This document shows, piece by piece, positions 17,739-26,423 of a stretch of DNA of 64,000 bases; position 1 is the first letter of the stretch, and every line of letters begins with the position of its first letter. Source of the stretch: an uncultured Gammaproteobacteria bacterium (GTDB lineage Bacteria; Patescibacteriota; Microgenomatia; UBA1406; HO2-37-13b); NCBI GenBank assembly GCA_964413645.1, contig CAYPSA010000004.1, positions 25,765 to 89,764 on the forward strand. The letters are read 5' to 3'. The position numbers were made by a program, and so were the translations under genes. The notes under the pieces are model-generated. The model worked only from the letters and a program-made list of their open reading frames with translations. It had not been told where the DNA came from and ran no database searches.

Positions 17739-18011
17739 TTACTTAATTAATCGCTTAAGCGATTTTCCAGCAGTAAACCCTGGTGTTTTGGTAGCAGGAA
17801 TTTGAATTTCTGCTCCAGTTTGTGGGTTTCGTCCTTTTCGGGTTGCGCGTTTGCGAACCAAAAATGTTCCAAAACCGGTTACCACTACTTTTTCTCCGCG
17901 CTTCATAGCATCAGAAATCGTAGAAAAAACTACAGATACTGCATCTTTTGAAGCTTTTGATGTAAGATTTGCTTTTTTTGCAACTTGTGCAACTAGGTCG
18001 GCTTTTGTCAT
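17739..18011 (-). CDS. hup: HU family DNA-binding protein
   Basis: MTKADLVAQVA...GFGTF.VRKRA.R.GRNPQTG..I.IPA...P.F..GK.LK. GGGAAGGGG lies 9 nt before the ATG at 18011; the track start 18020 is GTG. Confidence 0.9.
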   Translation of the reverse strand: MTKADLVAQVAKKANLTSKASKDAVSVVFSTISDAMKRGEKVVVTGFGTFLVRKRATRKGRNPQTGAEIQIPATKTPGFTAGKSLKRLIK

Positions 18012-18111
18012 ATAATCCACCCCCTTCCCACGTTAATATATAAAACTATGGTAGAGAGTTTGAGGCCTCTTGTCAATCTATATTTTTGCAGTCCTATTGT
18101 AACAATCTATA

Positions 18112-19551
18112 TCAGGAATGACTTGTTGCAAAAGCACGCGTCTCGCGGATGATGGTAATTTTGACTTGCCCTGGGAAAGTTGGGAATTTTTCTTCCACTT
18201 CATCTTTCATTTTGTTGGCAAGTACGGTCATTTCCGCATCGGAAATATCATCGGGTTTTACGATTACGCGAAGCTCGCGACCAGCTTGCAATGCATATGC
18301 ATCAGCTATTCCGCTCTTTGATTTCGCAATATCTTCAATTGTTTTTATTCGCTTTAAGTATTCCTGGAAGTCTTCATGTCGAGCACCTGGTCGACCTCCT
18401 GAAATTGCATCAGCAATATATACAATCACTGCTTCTACTGACCCAAAAGGAATATCCTCGTGGTGTGAAGCAACTGTGTCGATCGCGTGTTGTGGAATTT
18501 TGTATTGCTTCAACAACTCCACTCCAAGCGTGACGTGCGAACCTTCTTTATCCATAATGACCTTTCCTATATCATGGAACAAACAACCAAGTTTAACCAC
18601 GTTTACATCTGCGCCCAGTTCATGCGCAAGCGCAATTCCAATTTTAGTTTCTTCAAGCGTATGAAGAATCATGTTTTGACCATATGAGAAACGATATTTG
18701 AATTTACCCAACATTTTCATAAGTTCGGGTGGAACTGAATAAAGTCCAACCTGATGACACAAATCTTCTCCGGCTTTGGCAATAATTTTATCCATGTCTT
18801 CACGGGTTTTATGTACGATTTCTTCGATTCGTTCTGGCTGAATTCGGCCATCGCGAAGCAAACGCTCCATAGAAACGCGAGCAATTTCACGCCGAACACC
18901 ATCGAATGATGAGAATTTAATAATTCCCTCTTCTTCCAAATCAACATCAACGCCAGTGGCCAGTTCAAAGGCACGAATATTTCGACCTTCCTTTCCAATA
19001 ATACGACCCTTTACGTCTTCGCTTGGAAGCGAAACAGTTGAAAGTGTATATTCCGCAGCATAATCAACAGCTCCAAATCGCATGGCATCAACCAAAAGCT
19101 CTCGAGCTTTTTCATCAGCCGTTGCCTTAACTTCCGCTTCACTTTCTTTAATTTTAGTAGCAATTTCTTCCTTTAATTTTTCTTCCCACCCTTTTAGAAT
19201 GAGTTCCTTTGCTGCAGCAGCATCGAGTTTAGCAACTTTTTCAAGCTTAGCCAATACTTCATCGCGCTTTGCTGCAAGTTCGGCTTTTTCTTTTTCAAGA
19301 CGTCCTTTTTCAGCGTTACTGTTTGCAACCTGGGAATCTAAACTCTGTTGCTGACTTCGAAGTTTTTTTTCAAGCTCTACAATTTCGGTTGTAGCAGCCT
19401 GTGCTTGATCTTCGGCTTTTTGTTTAATCTGAACCGCTTCTTCTTGAGCTTTTAAAACAAGTTCTCGAGCTTTAATTTGATTTTGCGCAAGTTCATCAAG
19501 CGCGTGTTGTTTTTTTTCCTTTAACGCAGGAATAAGGTTATATAATTTCAT
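18112..19551 (-). CDS. rny: ribonuclease Y
   Basis: 479 aa with an N-terminal coiled coil, a KH domain (GRIIGKEGRNIRAFE) and an HD domain (HDIGK...SHHE). Confidence 0.9.
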   Translation of the reverse strand: MKLYNLIPALKEKKQHALDELAQNQIKARELVLKAQEEAVQIKQKAEDQAQAATTEIVELEKKLRSQQQSLDSQVANSNAEKGRLEKEKAELAAKRDEVLAKLEKVAKLDAAAAKELILKGWEEKLKEEIATKIKESEAEVKATADEKARELLVDAMRFGAVDYAAEYTLSTVSLPSEDVKGRIIGKEGRNIRAFELATGVDVDLEEEGIIKFSSFDGVRREIARVSMERLLRDGRIQPERIEEIVHKTREDMDKIIAKAGEDLCHQVGLYSVPPELMKMLGKFKYRFSYGQNMILHTLEETKIGIALAHELGADVNVVKLGCLFHDIGKVIMDKEGSHVTLGVELLKQYKIPQHAIDTVASHHEDIPFGSVEAVIVYIADAISGGRPGARHEDFQEYLKRIKTIEDIAKSKSGIADAYALQAGRELRVIVKPDDISDAEMTVLANKMKDEVEEKFPTFPGQVKITIIRETRAFATSHS

Positions 19552-19764
19552 ACGAAAATGTTGATCGAGTAAAAGCGAAGGGGTTAATCGATTATTTTTG
19601 CAGCAAAACAGGCGCCAGTTGAATGGCGGAAAGCATGAATCGTGTTTTGATGATGGAAATAAACGGTGGTAACCATGTAGCTTTTATTCGAAAAATAACA
19701 AATAATTTCTAATTGGGAATATTATACCACAGATCGGATTATTGGATTACAAAAAGAAGTTGTT

Positions 19765-19843
19765 TGTCATTTCGAGCCTTCGCCAACTGGCGAAAGGCGA
19801 GAAATCCCGGGTTCTGAGATTGCTCACTCTGTTCGAAATGACA
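19765..19843. repeat. full-length GTCATYC-family element with 10-bp terminal inverted repeats
   Basis: tgtcatttcga...gccttcgccaactggcgaaaggc...tcgaaatgaca. The ends gtcatttcga and tcgaaatgac are perfectly complementary. The recX stop codon lies inside the element. Confidence 0.85.
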
Positions 19844-20330
19844 CGAGAGCATGTTTGATGACGTCGAAAGAAAATCCGCGACGTAGAAGCAGATCGGTGG
19901 CTTTTTTGCGATATGTTGCAGGGTCGTACATGGAGAGTGTTCGTTGTTTTTTGAGAAGTACTTGTTTGGCTAATTCTACTTCATCAAGTTCGCTTTTTGA
20001 GAAAAATACGTCTAAATCATCTTGTTTTATTCCTTTTGCACGAAGTTCTGCAATAAGTCCTCTTTTCCCCCGCGGCCTAAAGGAACTTCGATTTTCGACC
20101 CACCATTTTATAAAAGAGTTGTCATTCAGAAAATCTAACTTTGTCAATTTCTGAATAACTCTTTCAACGAAGGTTTCTTTATCCGCAATCGCCAGAGCAT
20201 ACTCAATAGCTTTTTTGTTTAGATAGAGCTGCATTTCGTGAACACTCCTCGGTCTACCACTTATGAGTTTTGTGCTCATGCCAAATATGATTTGTTCAGC
20301 TTCGTGTTCGGTCATATGCGTATCCAGCAA
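19824..20330 (-). CDS. recX: recombination regulator RecX
   Basis: 168 aa helical-repeat protein immediately downstream of recA, with RecX-like segments (...YLNKKAIEY..., ...LLRRGFSFDVI...). Confidence 0.7.
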   Translation of the reverse strand: MLDTHMTEHEAEQIIFGMSTKLISGRPRSVHEMQLYLNKKAIEYALAIADKETFVERVIQKLTKLDFLNDNSFIKWWVENRSSFRPRGKRGLIAELRAKGIKQDDLDVFFSKSELDEVELAKQVLLKKQRTLSMYDPATYRKKATDLLLRRGFSFDVIKHALVSFRTE

Positions 20331-20332
20331 TG

Positions 20333-20396
20333 CTGAGATCCTTCGACTCCCTTCGGTCGCTCAGGATGACAAAGGTACCGATCAGGACGACAAAGG
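20333..20396. repeat. GTCATYC-family repeat (inverted orientation) with duplicated GACAAAGG head
   Basis: ctgagatccttcgactcccttcggtcgctcaggatgacaaaggtaccgatcaggacgacaaagg fills the recA-recX intergenic region. Confidence 0.85.
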
Positions 20397-20397
20397 C

Positions 20398-21486
20398 TTA
20401 TTCTTCTGTCTCTTCCTCGGCCGCTTTCTTACTTGCCTTAGAGGGAGTCTCCGCGTCTTTCTCAGAACTCTTACTCGACTCTTTTCCAGCCTTTGGAAAT
20501 GCTTTTGCGTATACCTCTGCAGTAATTTTTTCTTGCAGTTTTTTATCTTCCGCAATTGCCTCTTTAGCCTGCTCACGACCTTGACCAACTACTTCGTCGT
20601 TGTATTTAATAAAAGCACCACTCTTTTGCAAGATTCCCAGGTCAATTGCCGCATCAATAACGCTTCCTTCCTTATCGATTCCGTCTTTAGTGACTACAAA
20701 TGTTGCTTCTTTAAATGGAGGGGCAACTTTGTTTTTAACGATCTTAACTCGCGTTTTGGAACCAATAATTTGGTCACCTTTTTTAAGTGTTTCGATTTTA
20801 CGCACGTCCATACGAAGCGAACAGTAAAACTTGAGTGCCATTCCACCCGGAGTGGTTTCTGGATTTCCAAACATAACACCAATTTTCATACGAAGTTGAT
20901 TCGTAAATACTACCGTTGTGTTTGATTTAGAAACGACACTCGTTAATTTTCGAAGCGCCTGACTCATAAGTCGAGCCTGAACTCCCATTTGTGCGTCACC
21001 CATGTCACCTTCAATTTCCGAGCGTGGAACAAGTGCCGCAACTGAGTCGACAACGACCACATCTACTCCTCCGGAACGAATCAGGCTCTCTGTAATTTCA
21101 AGTGCCTGTTCACCAGTATCTGGTTGGGAAATAAGAAGATCGTCTAAATTAACCCCGAGTGTTTTTGCCCATGCAGGGTCTAGTGCGTGTTCGGCATCAA
21201 TAAATGCTGCAATACCGCCTTCGCGCTGTACTTGAGCTATCAAATTTAAACAAAGAGTTGTTTTTCCTGAAGCTTCTGGCCCATACACCTCCATAATACG
21301 TCCCTTTGGAATTCCACCAACTCCAAGTGCGATATCCAAAGGTAAAATACCCGTCTTATATACTTCAATCGCCATTGAGGTTCTCTCCCCTAACCGCATA
21401 ATGGAACCTTTTCCATATTGTTTTTGAATTGCTTCGACTGCCATTCTAACTGCTTCTGATTTAGGATCTTGTTGTGCTATTGCCAT
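20398..21486 (-). CDS. recA: recombinase RecA
   Basis: [17 protein letters not shown] (Walker A), [19 protein letters not shown]. 362 aa with an acidic C-terminus. Confidence 0.95.
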   Translation of the reverse strand: MAIAQQDPKSEAVRMAVEAIQKQYGKGSIMRLGERTSMAIEVYKTGILPLDIALGVGGIPKGRIMEVYGPEASGKTTLCLNLIAQVQREGGIAAFIDAEHALDPAWAKTLGVNLDDLLISQPDTGEQALEITESLIRSGGVDVVVVDSVAALVPRSEIEGDMGDAQMGVQARLMSQALRKLTSVVSKSNTTVVFTNQLRMKIGVMFGNPETTPGGMALKFYCSLRMDVRKIETLKKGDQIIGSKTRVKIVKNKVAPPFKEATFVVTKDGIDKEGSVIDAAIDLGILQKSGAFIKYNDEVVGQGREQAKEAIAEDKKLQEKITAEVYAKAFPKAGKESSKSSEKDAETPSKASKKAAEEETEE

Positions 21487-21588
21487 AAATAAATTAAGAA
21501 CTTATAGATTGTACCCGACGGCACATACTGTACATTTACGTGTTGCGGGTGGTACGGCCCATGATAAAATATCACTGTGACAATGTCA

Positions 21589-21625
21589 ACGGCTTATAAG
21601 TCCCATAAGTGATGGTTTAGGGCGT
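21589..21625. repeat. second copy of the tataagtcccat-containing repeat
   Basis: acggcttataagtcccataagtgatggtttagggcgt, compared with 9061-9097. Confidence 0.7.
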
Positions 21626-21671
21626 TAGGACAACGTATATCGTCGTTTATAGTAAGCGAATTCTGTGCGTA

Positions 21672-21742
21672 CGGGGAGTAGTATAATGGTAGAATGCGCC
21701 GCTGGGGGTGGTGCGGTCCGGGTTCAATTCCCGGCTCCCCGA
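21672..21742 (+). tRNA. tRNA-Pro (anticodon GGG)
   Basis: Acceptor CGGGGAG/CUCCCCG with C1:G72 and A73 (the bacterial Pro pattern). Anticodon stem CGCCG/UGGUG and loop CUGGGGG. T arm CCGGG-UUCAAUU-CCCGG. No encoded CCA. Confidence 0.8.
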
Positions 21743-21758
21743 CACGAAAGACGGGTCA

Positions 21759-22397
21759 TTATTTTGATTTAGGCTGAATAAGAGGGATTAATCGCACAGA
21801 TTCATCAAGCTTATAATTCAGGGCCCAACCCAATACTCTCCTATTATCCTCTTCGATACTAACTGTCATTACGCCTACAGATGTAAGTATGGGACCTCCA
21901 AACACTGATAAATTGTCTGTTTCCTGGACCAAAAGCACTGTTTCAAGATAGTCTCGTGGGGTACCCAAGAAAACCTCACCCAATCTATTTCCGGTCTGTA
22001 CATTTTCACCAAGAAACAAAGCGCGTTCATCAAAATAGAGAAGGATATCTTCTGGATCAATAAAATTTTCAGGTACCACTTCGGTAAATTGTGGGTGAAA
22101 TGCAATTGATCGTTGTGGTGTCCTAACATCAAGCACGGTCCTCAACTTATGATTCACATCTGGTGAAACCTGTCCTATTAGATTGCGTAACGTATTTCCA
22201 GAATGTTCAACAATAACATACCCACTATCCAATAGTGATGTGCGCTCATTATCAAAAAAGTGACGCGGGCGATTATTAGGATCAATAGGAACATCTCCTC
22301 CAAGAATCTCACGAACTTCTCTAAGTTTTGTAATTGCCTCCTCTGCCTGTTCTGGCCGATATCCACGACGTATAGCCCCAATCGCTCTTTCTAGCAT
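21759..22397 (-). CDS. hypothetical protein (212 aa, higher G+C)
   Basis: ATG ORF with TATAAT 9 nt upstream. No family recognised. Shares an xF(H/L)xPQF motif at the same position as the 4665/4683-5327 product. Confidence 0.5.
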   Translation of the reverse strand: MLERAIGAIRRGYRPEQAEEAITKLREVREILGGDVPIDPNNRPRHFFDNERTSLLDSGYVIVEHSGNTLRNLIGQVSPDVNHKLRTVLDVRTPQRSIAFHPQFTEVVPENFIDPEDILLYFDERALFLGENVQTGNRLGEVFLGTPRDYLETVLLVQETDNLSVFGGPILTSVGVMTVSIEEDNRRVLGWALNYKLDESVRLIPLIQPKSK

Positions 22398-22421
22398 ATG
22401 GTGCGTATTATATCTCAGTCA

Positions 22422-24035
22422 TTACTCGCTTTTGTCTTGTTGTGAGCGCACAATCATGCTCCACAACCTCTCTTCCGCGTCGCTACCCCACCCACCACCA
22501 ACAATTTTTGAAACAGCTGCAACAACCGCACGAACGGAATAGTGTAGTATTTCTCCGGCTTTTTGCCCATAGGTTACATATATTTGCTCGGGTATAGCAG
22601 CATAGGTGCCATACATAGGAATTAGTGTTGTGCGCGCTGCTCTTTTAAGATCTGTTTCCGACATTGTGTCTACTACTGCCGTAGAAACCGCACGAAGAAT
22701 CCCGGGCGCAAAAATATTAAAAATAGACACTAATCCAATATTCCTAGCTGGATTTTCCGATGTGGCTGCAGCCACTCCCATAGGCACCGTCATCACGTCA
22801 ACAGCACGAGCGACCACCATATAGTAAGTACTCATACCCAAATACACAGCCATATCTTTTCTAGAAACCTTTTCAAGTGCCTGCTCAAGTTGCTCTGTAG
22901 AAACAAGACCCTGCGCGTGAGCCTGTTTCATCCCGAGCAGTATTGAGTTGTTCACGAGTGCTTTTGATAAATGACTTCTGTCCGTTGCTAATTTTGAAAC
23001 ACTTTCGTGAAATTCCGGACTCCTCAACAATTTTAGCTTTGAGTCACCACAAAAATCTAAGAACGCTTGTACTCCAAGCCTTGCAACCTCTTTTGTGCGA
23101 AATATTTCAAAAGCACGTGGAGAACGACGTAAATGTTCTGCTTGTTGTGGGCTAATTAAACCCCTCTCTTGTGCATCTTGAATGTAAAGATTGCGAGGAT
23201 CACCCGAAATAGCATCTTGATATCGTTTTGAGGCATCGTCATATAGCTCCATCGCTTCTGTAAGACCGTCAAAATCCTCAAAAGAAATACTGCTCGATCG
23301 TTTTGCAAGACTCTTTCTAAGCATGCTTGTATGGATACGATTATATGTCGACCCTAAAGAACCAAACGTTTTTCGAACATCATCATGGAACCCGAAGTTC
23401 AAAATTGGCCTTACATGTGCGGTGTGCCTAAACACAGGTAAATAATCGTGCCAAATAACACTTCCGTCCTGGGCAAGCCATAAATTAGGTTTCCCAAAGG
23501 GATTGCGCGGATGAACCTGTGCAACATGCTCTGAGCCAAGTGTTGTAGCAAGTCCCCACAGATCCTGCCGTGCTTGGCGAATTTTCGCGTTTTCTTTTCC
23601 ACCATCGTTAAAAATAGTGCCTCTCCCGTATGTTCTCTCTGCATGTTGCCCGTATCCCAATTCTCGACTCACACGAACATATCCATGAGCTTGCGGGGTA
23701 TGAACTTGTCCATCAGTAAAAATCGGAACTGCTTGATGGAGAATTCTCCCTGCTAAATAGTCTAATTGCGCAGCAGATTCAAAAGCTCGAGAAGGAAAGG
23801 GTATGTCCCAATTTAATACACGTAAAGCTTCGTGCAGCGCGTCGGGGGTAGTAGTTTTAATCACCGAATCGGGCAAGACAATAACACTTCCAAAGAAACC
23901 ATTTCCCGTTATGTGCTCGACTGGTTCAGAAATGGGCTGTTCAACTATTCCTTGTGATGTTACCTGCTTGCTTACAAAATCAAATGGTTCACCTTCAACA
24001 ATGCCCGCTCTATGAATATGTTCGTGACGTGACAT
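22422..24035 (-). CDS. atypical protein-kinase-like (UbiB/ABC1-like) protein with hydrophobic C-terminal segments
   Basis: Gly-rich loop GNGFFGSVIVLPDSVIK (GxGxxGxV...K). VHPRNPFGKPNLWL..DGSVIWHDY resembles the HPGN...DFG core of ABC1/APH-type kinases. C-terminal hydrophobic stretches (AVYLGMSTYYMVVARAV, IGLVSIFNIFAPGIL). TATAAT lies 6 nt before the ATG. Confidence 0.45.
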   Translation of the reverse strand: MSRHEHIHRAGIVEGEPFDFVSKQVTSQGIVEQPISEPVEHITGNGFFGSVIVLPDSVIKTTTPDALHEALRVLNWDIPFPSRAFESAAQLDYLAGRILHQAVPIFTDGQVHTPQAHGYVRVSRELGYGQHAERTYGRGTIFNDGGKENAKIRQARQDLWGLATTLGSEHVAQVHPRNPFGKPNLWLAQDGSVIWHDYLPVFRHTAHVRPILNFGFHDDVRKTFGSLGSTYNRIHTSMLRKSLAKRSSSISFEDFDGLTEAMELYDDASKRYQDAISGDPRNLYIQDAQERGLISPQQAEHLRRSPRAFEIFRTKEVARLGVQAFLDFCGDSKLKLLRSPEFHESVSKLATDRSHLSKALVNNSILLGMKQAHAQGLVSTEQLEQALEKVSRKDMAVYLGMSTYYMVVARAVDVMTVPMGVAAATSENPARNIGLVSIFNIFAPGILRAVSTAVVDTMSETDLKRAARTTLIPMYGTYAAIPEQIYVTYGQKAGEILHYSVRAVVAAVSKIVGGGWGSDAEERLWSMIVRSQQDKSE

Positions 24036-24070
24036 CGAGGTATTATACCCAATCTTAGCCCTTCATAGTG

Positions 24071-25075
24071 CTATAAAGGATTTTTTGGATCAATCCATTC
24101 TTTCGTATTACCCTCCAAATATCGCTCTATTTCCAGAGCTGCAGCAACGCCCATTCCTGCAGCGGTACTCGCCTGGCGGTACACAAAATCAACCACATCG
24201 CCTGCGGCAAAAATTCCCGGAATATTTGTGCCGTGCTGGAATGAAAAATCAAGTCCGTCTTTGGGAAGTTTGAGCGCTCCCTCACGCAGTGTGCGCCATG
24301 CATAAATTCCCCCGGTAACTATATATCCTTTTTCATCAAGCAAAATTCCCGAATCTTTCAAAAATTCAGTATCGGGCTTATGGCCAATACCCATAAATAA
24401 GCCAGAAAGCTCTAGCGTGGTGCCGTTATCAAGTTGTAGACCCTCCACTCTTTGTTCCCCGAGGACATCTGTTACTTGCGTATTAAACATGACCTCGACT
24501 TTAGGATTTTCCAGCACTCTTTTTTGCATTATTTTGCTTGCTCGAAAAGAGTCTTTTCGGTGAATAAGATATACCTTTTTTGCAAAACGGGTAAGCGTTT
24601 GAGCTTCTTCCATGGCTGTGTCTCCTCCACCCACAACCGCAACCACTTTTTCTTTAAAGAAAAAACCATCACACGTAGCACAAGCAGAAACTCCACGACC
24701 CCGCAGACGTTGTTCATTGGGAAGTCCAAGCCACAAAGCAGACGCGCCGGTTGCAATAAGAAGTGTTTCTGATTCCAGCTGTTCTCCGTCGGAGAGCGTA
24801 ATGGTTTGACCATCTTTGGAAGCAGAAATACTTTTTACATTATCGTCACGGAATTTTGTGTGAAATTTTTCAGCTTGAGCGCGCATTTTTCCAACAAGCT
24901 CAGGACCCAAAATTGAGTCAAAACCCGGAAAATTCTCAACATCCGACGTGAGCATGAGCTGACCTCCGGCAGGAGCTCCGGCGATGACCAGCGGGAATAT
25001 TTCCGCGCGGGCGGCGTAAATAGCTGCGGCAAGACCAGCCGGTCCACCACCAATAATAATGAGTTTTTCTTTCAT
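24071..25075 (-). CDS. trxB: thioredoxin-disulfide reductase
   Basis: MKEKLIIIGGGPAGLAAAIYAAR, redox motif CATCDG, second GGGDTAMEEA. The start at 25075 is preferred (TACAAT 8 nt upstream) over 25108. Confidence 0.9.
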   Translation of the reverse strand: MKEKLIIIGGGPAGLAAAIYAARAEIFPLVIAGAPAGGQLMLTSDVENFPGFDSILGPELVGKMRAQAEKFHTKFRDDNVKSISASKDGQTITLSDGEQLESETLLIATGASALWLGLPNEQRLRGRGVSACATCDGFFFKEKVVAVVGGGDTAMEEAQTLTRFAKKVYLIHRKDSFRASKIMQKRVLENPKVEVMFNTQVTDVLGEQRVEGLQLDNGTTLELSGLFMGIGHKPDTEFLKDSGILLDEKGYIVTGGIYAWRTLREGALKLPKDGLDFSFQHGTNIPGIFAAGDVVDFVYRQASTAAGMGVAAALEIERYLEGNTKEWIDPKNPL

Positions 25076-25125
25076 GTAAGGGTATTGTAGCGGAGAATAG
25101 CCAACCATGCAAGACCCGTACTAAC

Positions 25126-25169
25126 GGCAACCTGCGGGCAAAAGTAGGAACGCTCAACCTCTTAGGTTG
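25126..25169. repeat. hairpin-repeat family members (ggcaacctgcgggc and caacctcttaggttg)
   Basis: 25126-25139 is the reverse complement of gcccgcaggttgcc at 34652-34665. 25155-25169 is identical to the 11173 and 11200 copies. The second hairpin abuts TGTATAAT of the HIT gene. Confidence 0.85.
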
Positions 25170-25181
25170 TATAATGGATTT

Positions 25182-25592
25182 ATGGACATCTGTATTTTCT
25201 GCAAAATTGTGACGAAGGAAGTTCCCAACTATAAAGTATATGAGGACGAATATTTTCTGGGGTTTTTAGATGTATATCCAATAAGCAAAGGACATACGCT
25301 CTTGGTTCCCAAAAAACATTATCGATGGACACATGACGTTGAAAATTTTGGGGCATATTGGGAAGCGGCGAAGGTTGTTGCACTGAAACTTCAAAAAGCT
25401 CTTGGCGCTTCGTGGATACAATTCGTTACTCACGGACAAATTCCTCATGCACATATTCATATTATTCCCCGATATGACGATGTAAAGACGGCTCCACAGG
25501 TTGCAAATGGTGGAAAAACACTCACATTTTCTAAGGAAGAATTTGGGGAAATACTCAGATCTCTCGATTCGACTCCGTCTCTGACGGGATGA
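25182..25592 (+). CDS. HIT (histidine triad) family protein
   Basis: CIFCKIV...GHTLLVPKKH...HAHIHIIPR. TATAAT 25170-25175 lies 6 nt before the ATG at 25182. The C-terminal ~13 aa are read from a GTCATYC-family repeat. Confidence 0.85.
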   Translation: MDICIFCKIVTKEVPNYKVYEDEYFLGFLDVYPISKGHTLLVPKKHYRWTHDVENFGAYWEAAKVVALKLQKALGASWIQFVTHGQIPHAHIHIIPRYDDVKTAPQVANGGKTLTFSKEEFGEILRSLDSTPSLTG

Positions 25593-25598
25593 CAAAGG
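25554..25598. repeat. degenerate GTCATYC-family repeat (inverted orientation)
   Basis: ctcagatctctcgattcgactccgtctctgacgggatgacaaagg. Confidence 0.7.
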
Positions 25599-25623
25599 CT
25601 CGCCAATTCTATATACTGAATAT

Positions 25624-26415
25624 ATGGAACCCCATCCGGTACCTCGACAGATTACTACATTTGAGTTCAAATTAATTGGGTTTATGACCTTAAAAGAGTT
25701 TGCGTATATGATTGTGTTTGCAGGCTTGGCGACAATTACATATTTTTTGACACCGGGGGAACTGTTTAAATATATAGGCGCCGCGATAGTTTTTGCCATT
25801 GGAATCTTTTTAGCTTTTTACAAATATAATGAACGGTCAGTAGACGTGTGGATTCGTAATTTAGTACTTAAGATGTTTTCATCGTCGCAGTACTATTACC
25901 ATAAGAAAAACGATCCTCCTTCATTCTTAGAAAACATTATTTACGATAAAAATATTGCGGTTTTGCACGCAGATGCGCAGAAGAAGCTAACGAGCTATTT
26001 GGGAAAAGTTGAGAAAGCTCCTGTCGTAGGGACAAAGGTTGAAATGGCGCCCCCTACTCCAGTAGACACTGTTGAAACAGAGCCAGTTCAGACTCCCACT
26101 CCTATCGATACTTCTCCTCCTGAGCCAGTAGTGGAGACACTCGTCTCCGAACACCCGGCGCTCTCCGGAATTGTAAAAAACGGCAAAGATTTACCTATCC
26201 CAAATATTTTGGTGTATGTGAAAAATAAAGAAGGTCAAGTTGCGCGGATTCTTAAAACAGACAATCATGGTGTGTTTTCGACCACAAAACCCCTCGGAAG
26301 CGACCAGATTATTCTTGAACCCAAAGATAGCGCGAATCGATTCTTTTTTGATACACTGAATATTAATCCGGGTGCCGGTACGCCCCTTGTTATTCGTTCC
26401 CGAGAGGCATTGTAG
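25624..26415 (+). CDS. PrgI/VirB3-like T4SS membrane protein with C-terminal carboxypeptidase-regulatory-like beta domain
   Basis: The N-terminus VPRQITTFEFKLIGFMTLKEFAYMIVFAGLATITYFL matches the PrgI-family pattern. A Pro/Thr/Val linker follows, then GIVKNGKDLPIPNILVYVKNKEGQVARILKTDNHGVF. Confidence 0.55.
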   Translation: MEPHPVPRQITTFEFKLIGFMTLKEFAYMIVFAGLATITYFLTPGELFKYIGAAIVFAIGIFLAFYKYNERSVDVWIRNLVLKMFSSSQYYYHKKNDPPSFLENIIYDKNIAVLHADAQKKLTSYLGKVEKAPVVGTKVEMAPPTPVDTVETEPVQTPTPIDTSPPEPVVETLVSEHPALSGIVKNGKDLPIPNILVYVKNKEGQVARILKTDNHGVFSTTKPLGSDQIILEPKDSANRFFFDTLNINPGAGTPLVIRSREAL

Positions 26416-26423
26416 CCACATAT

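Noticed and set aside
18118-19354. Several plus-strand ORFs (18118-18321, 18149-18664, 18180-18533, 18487-18687, 19082-19354) inside the RNase Y gene
   Set aside because: They lie antisense to a gene with clear KH and HD motifs, and their low-complexity Ser/Ala/Phe-rich translations are typical of antisense frames.
19590-19655. SRP (4.5S) RNA-like motif: AGG-stem-loop-(G)AAAGCA around cgccagttgaatggcg
   Set aside because: The loop is a hexaloop rather than GNRA. The flanking helices do not reproduce the symmetric/asymmetric loop arrangement of domain IV, and no terminator or conserved 5' domain is visible. This is not enough to call.
20263-21235. Plus-strand ORFs overlapping recX and recA (20263-20925, 20330-20584, 20600-20827, 21002-21235) and the minus-strand ORFs 20382-20588 and 20694-20882
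   Set aside because: recA and recX are unambiguous on the minus strand in another frame. The alternative frames have no recognisable features, and one is translated from a dispersed repeat.
21487-21588. LexA/SOS box upstream of recA
   Set aside because: No GAAC-N4-GTTC or CTGT-N8-ACAG match was found. Only short palindromes such as tgtaca are present, which are expected by chance in A/T-rich DNA.
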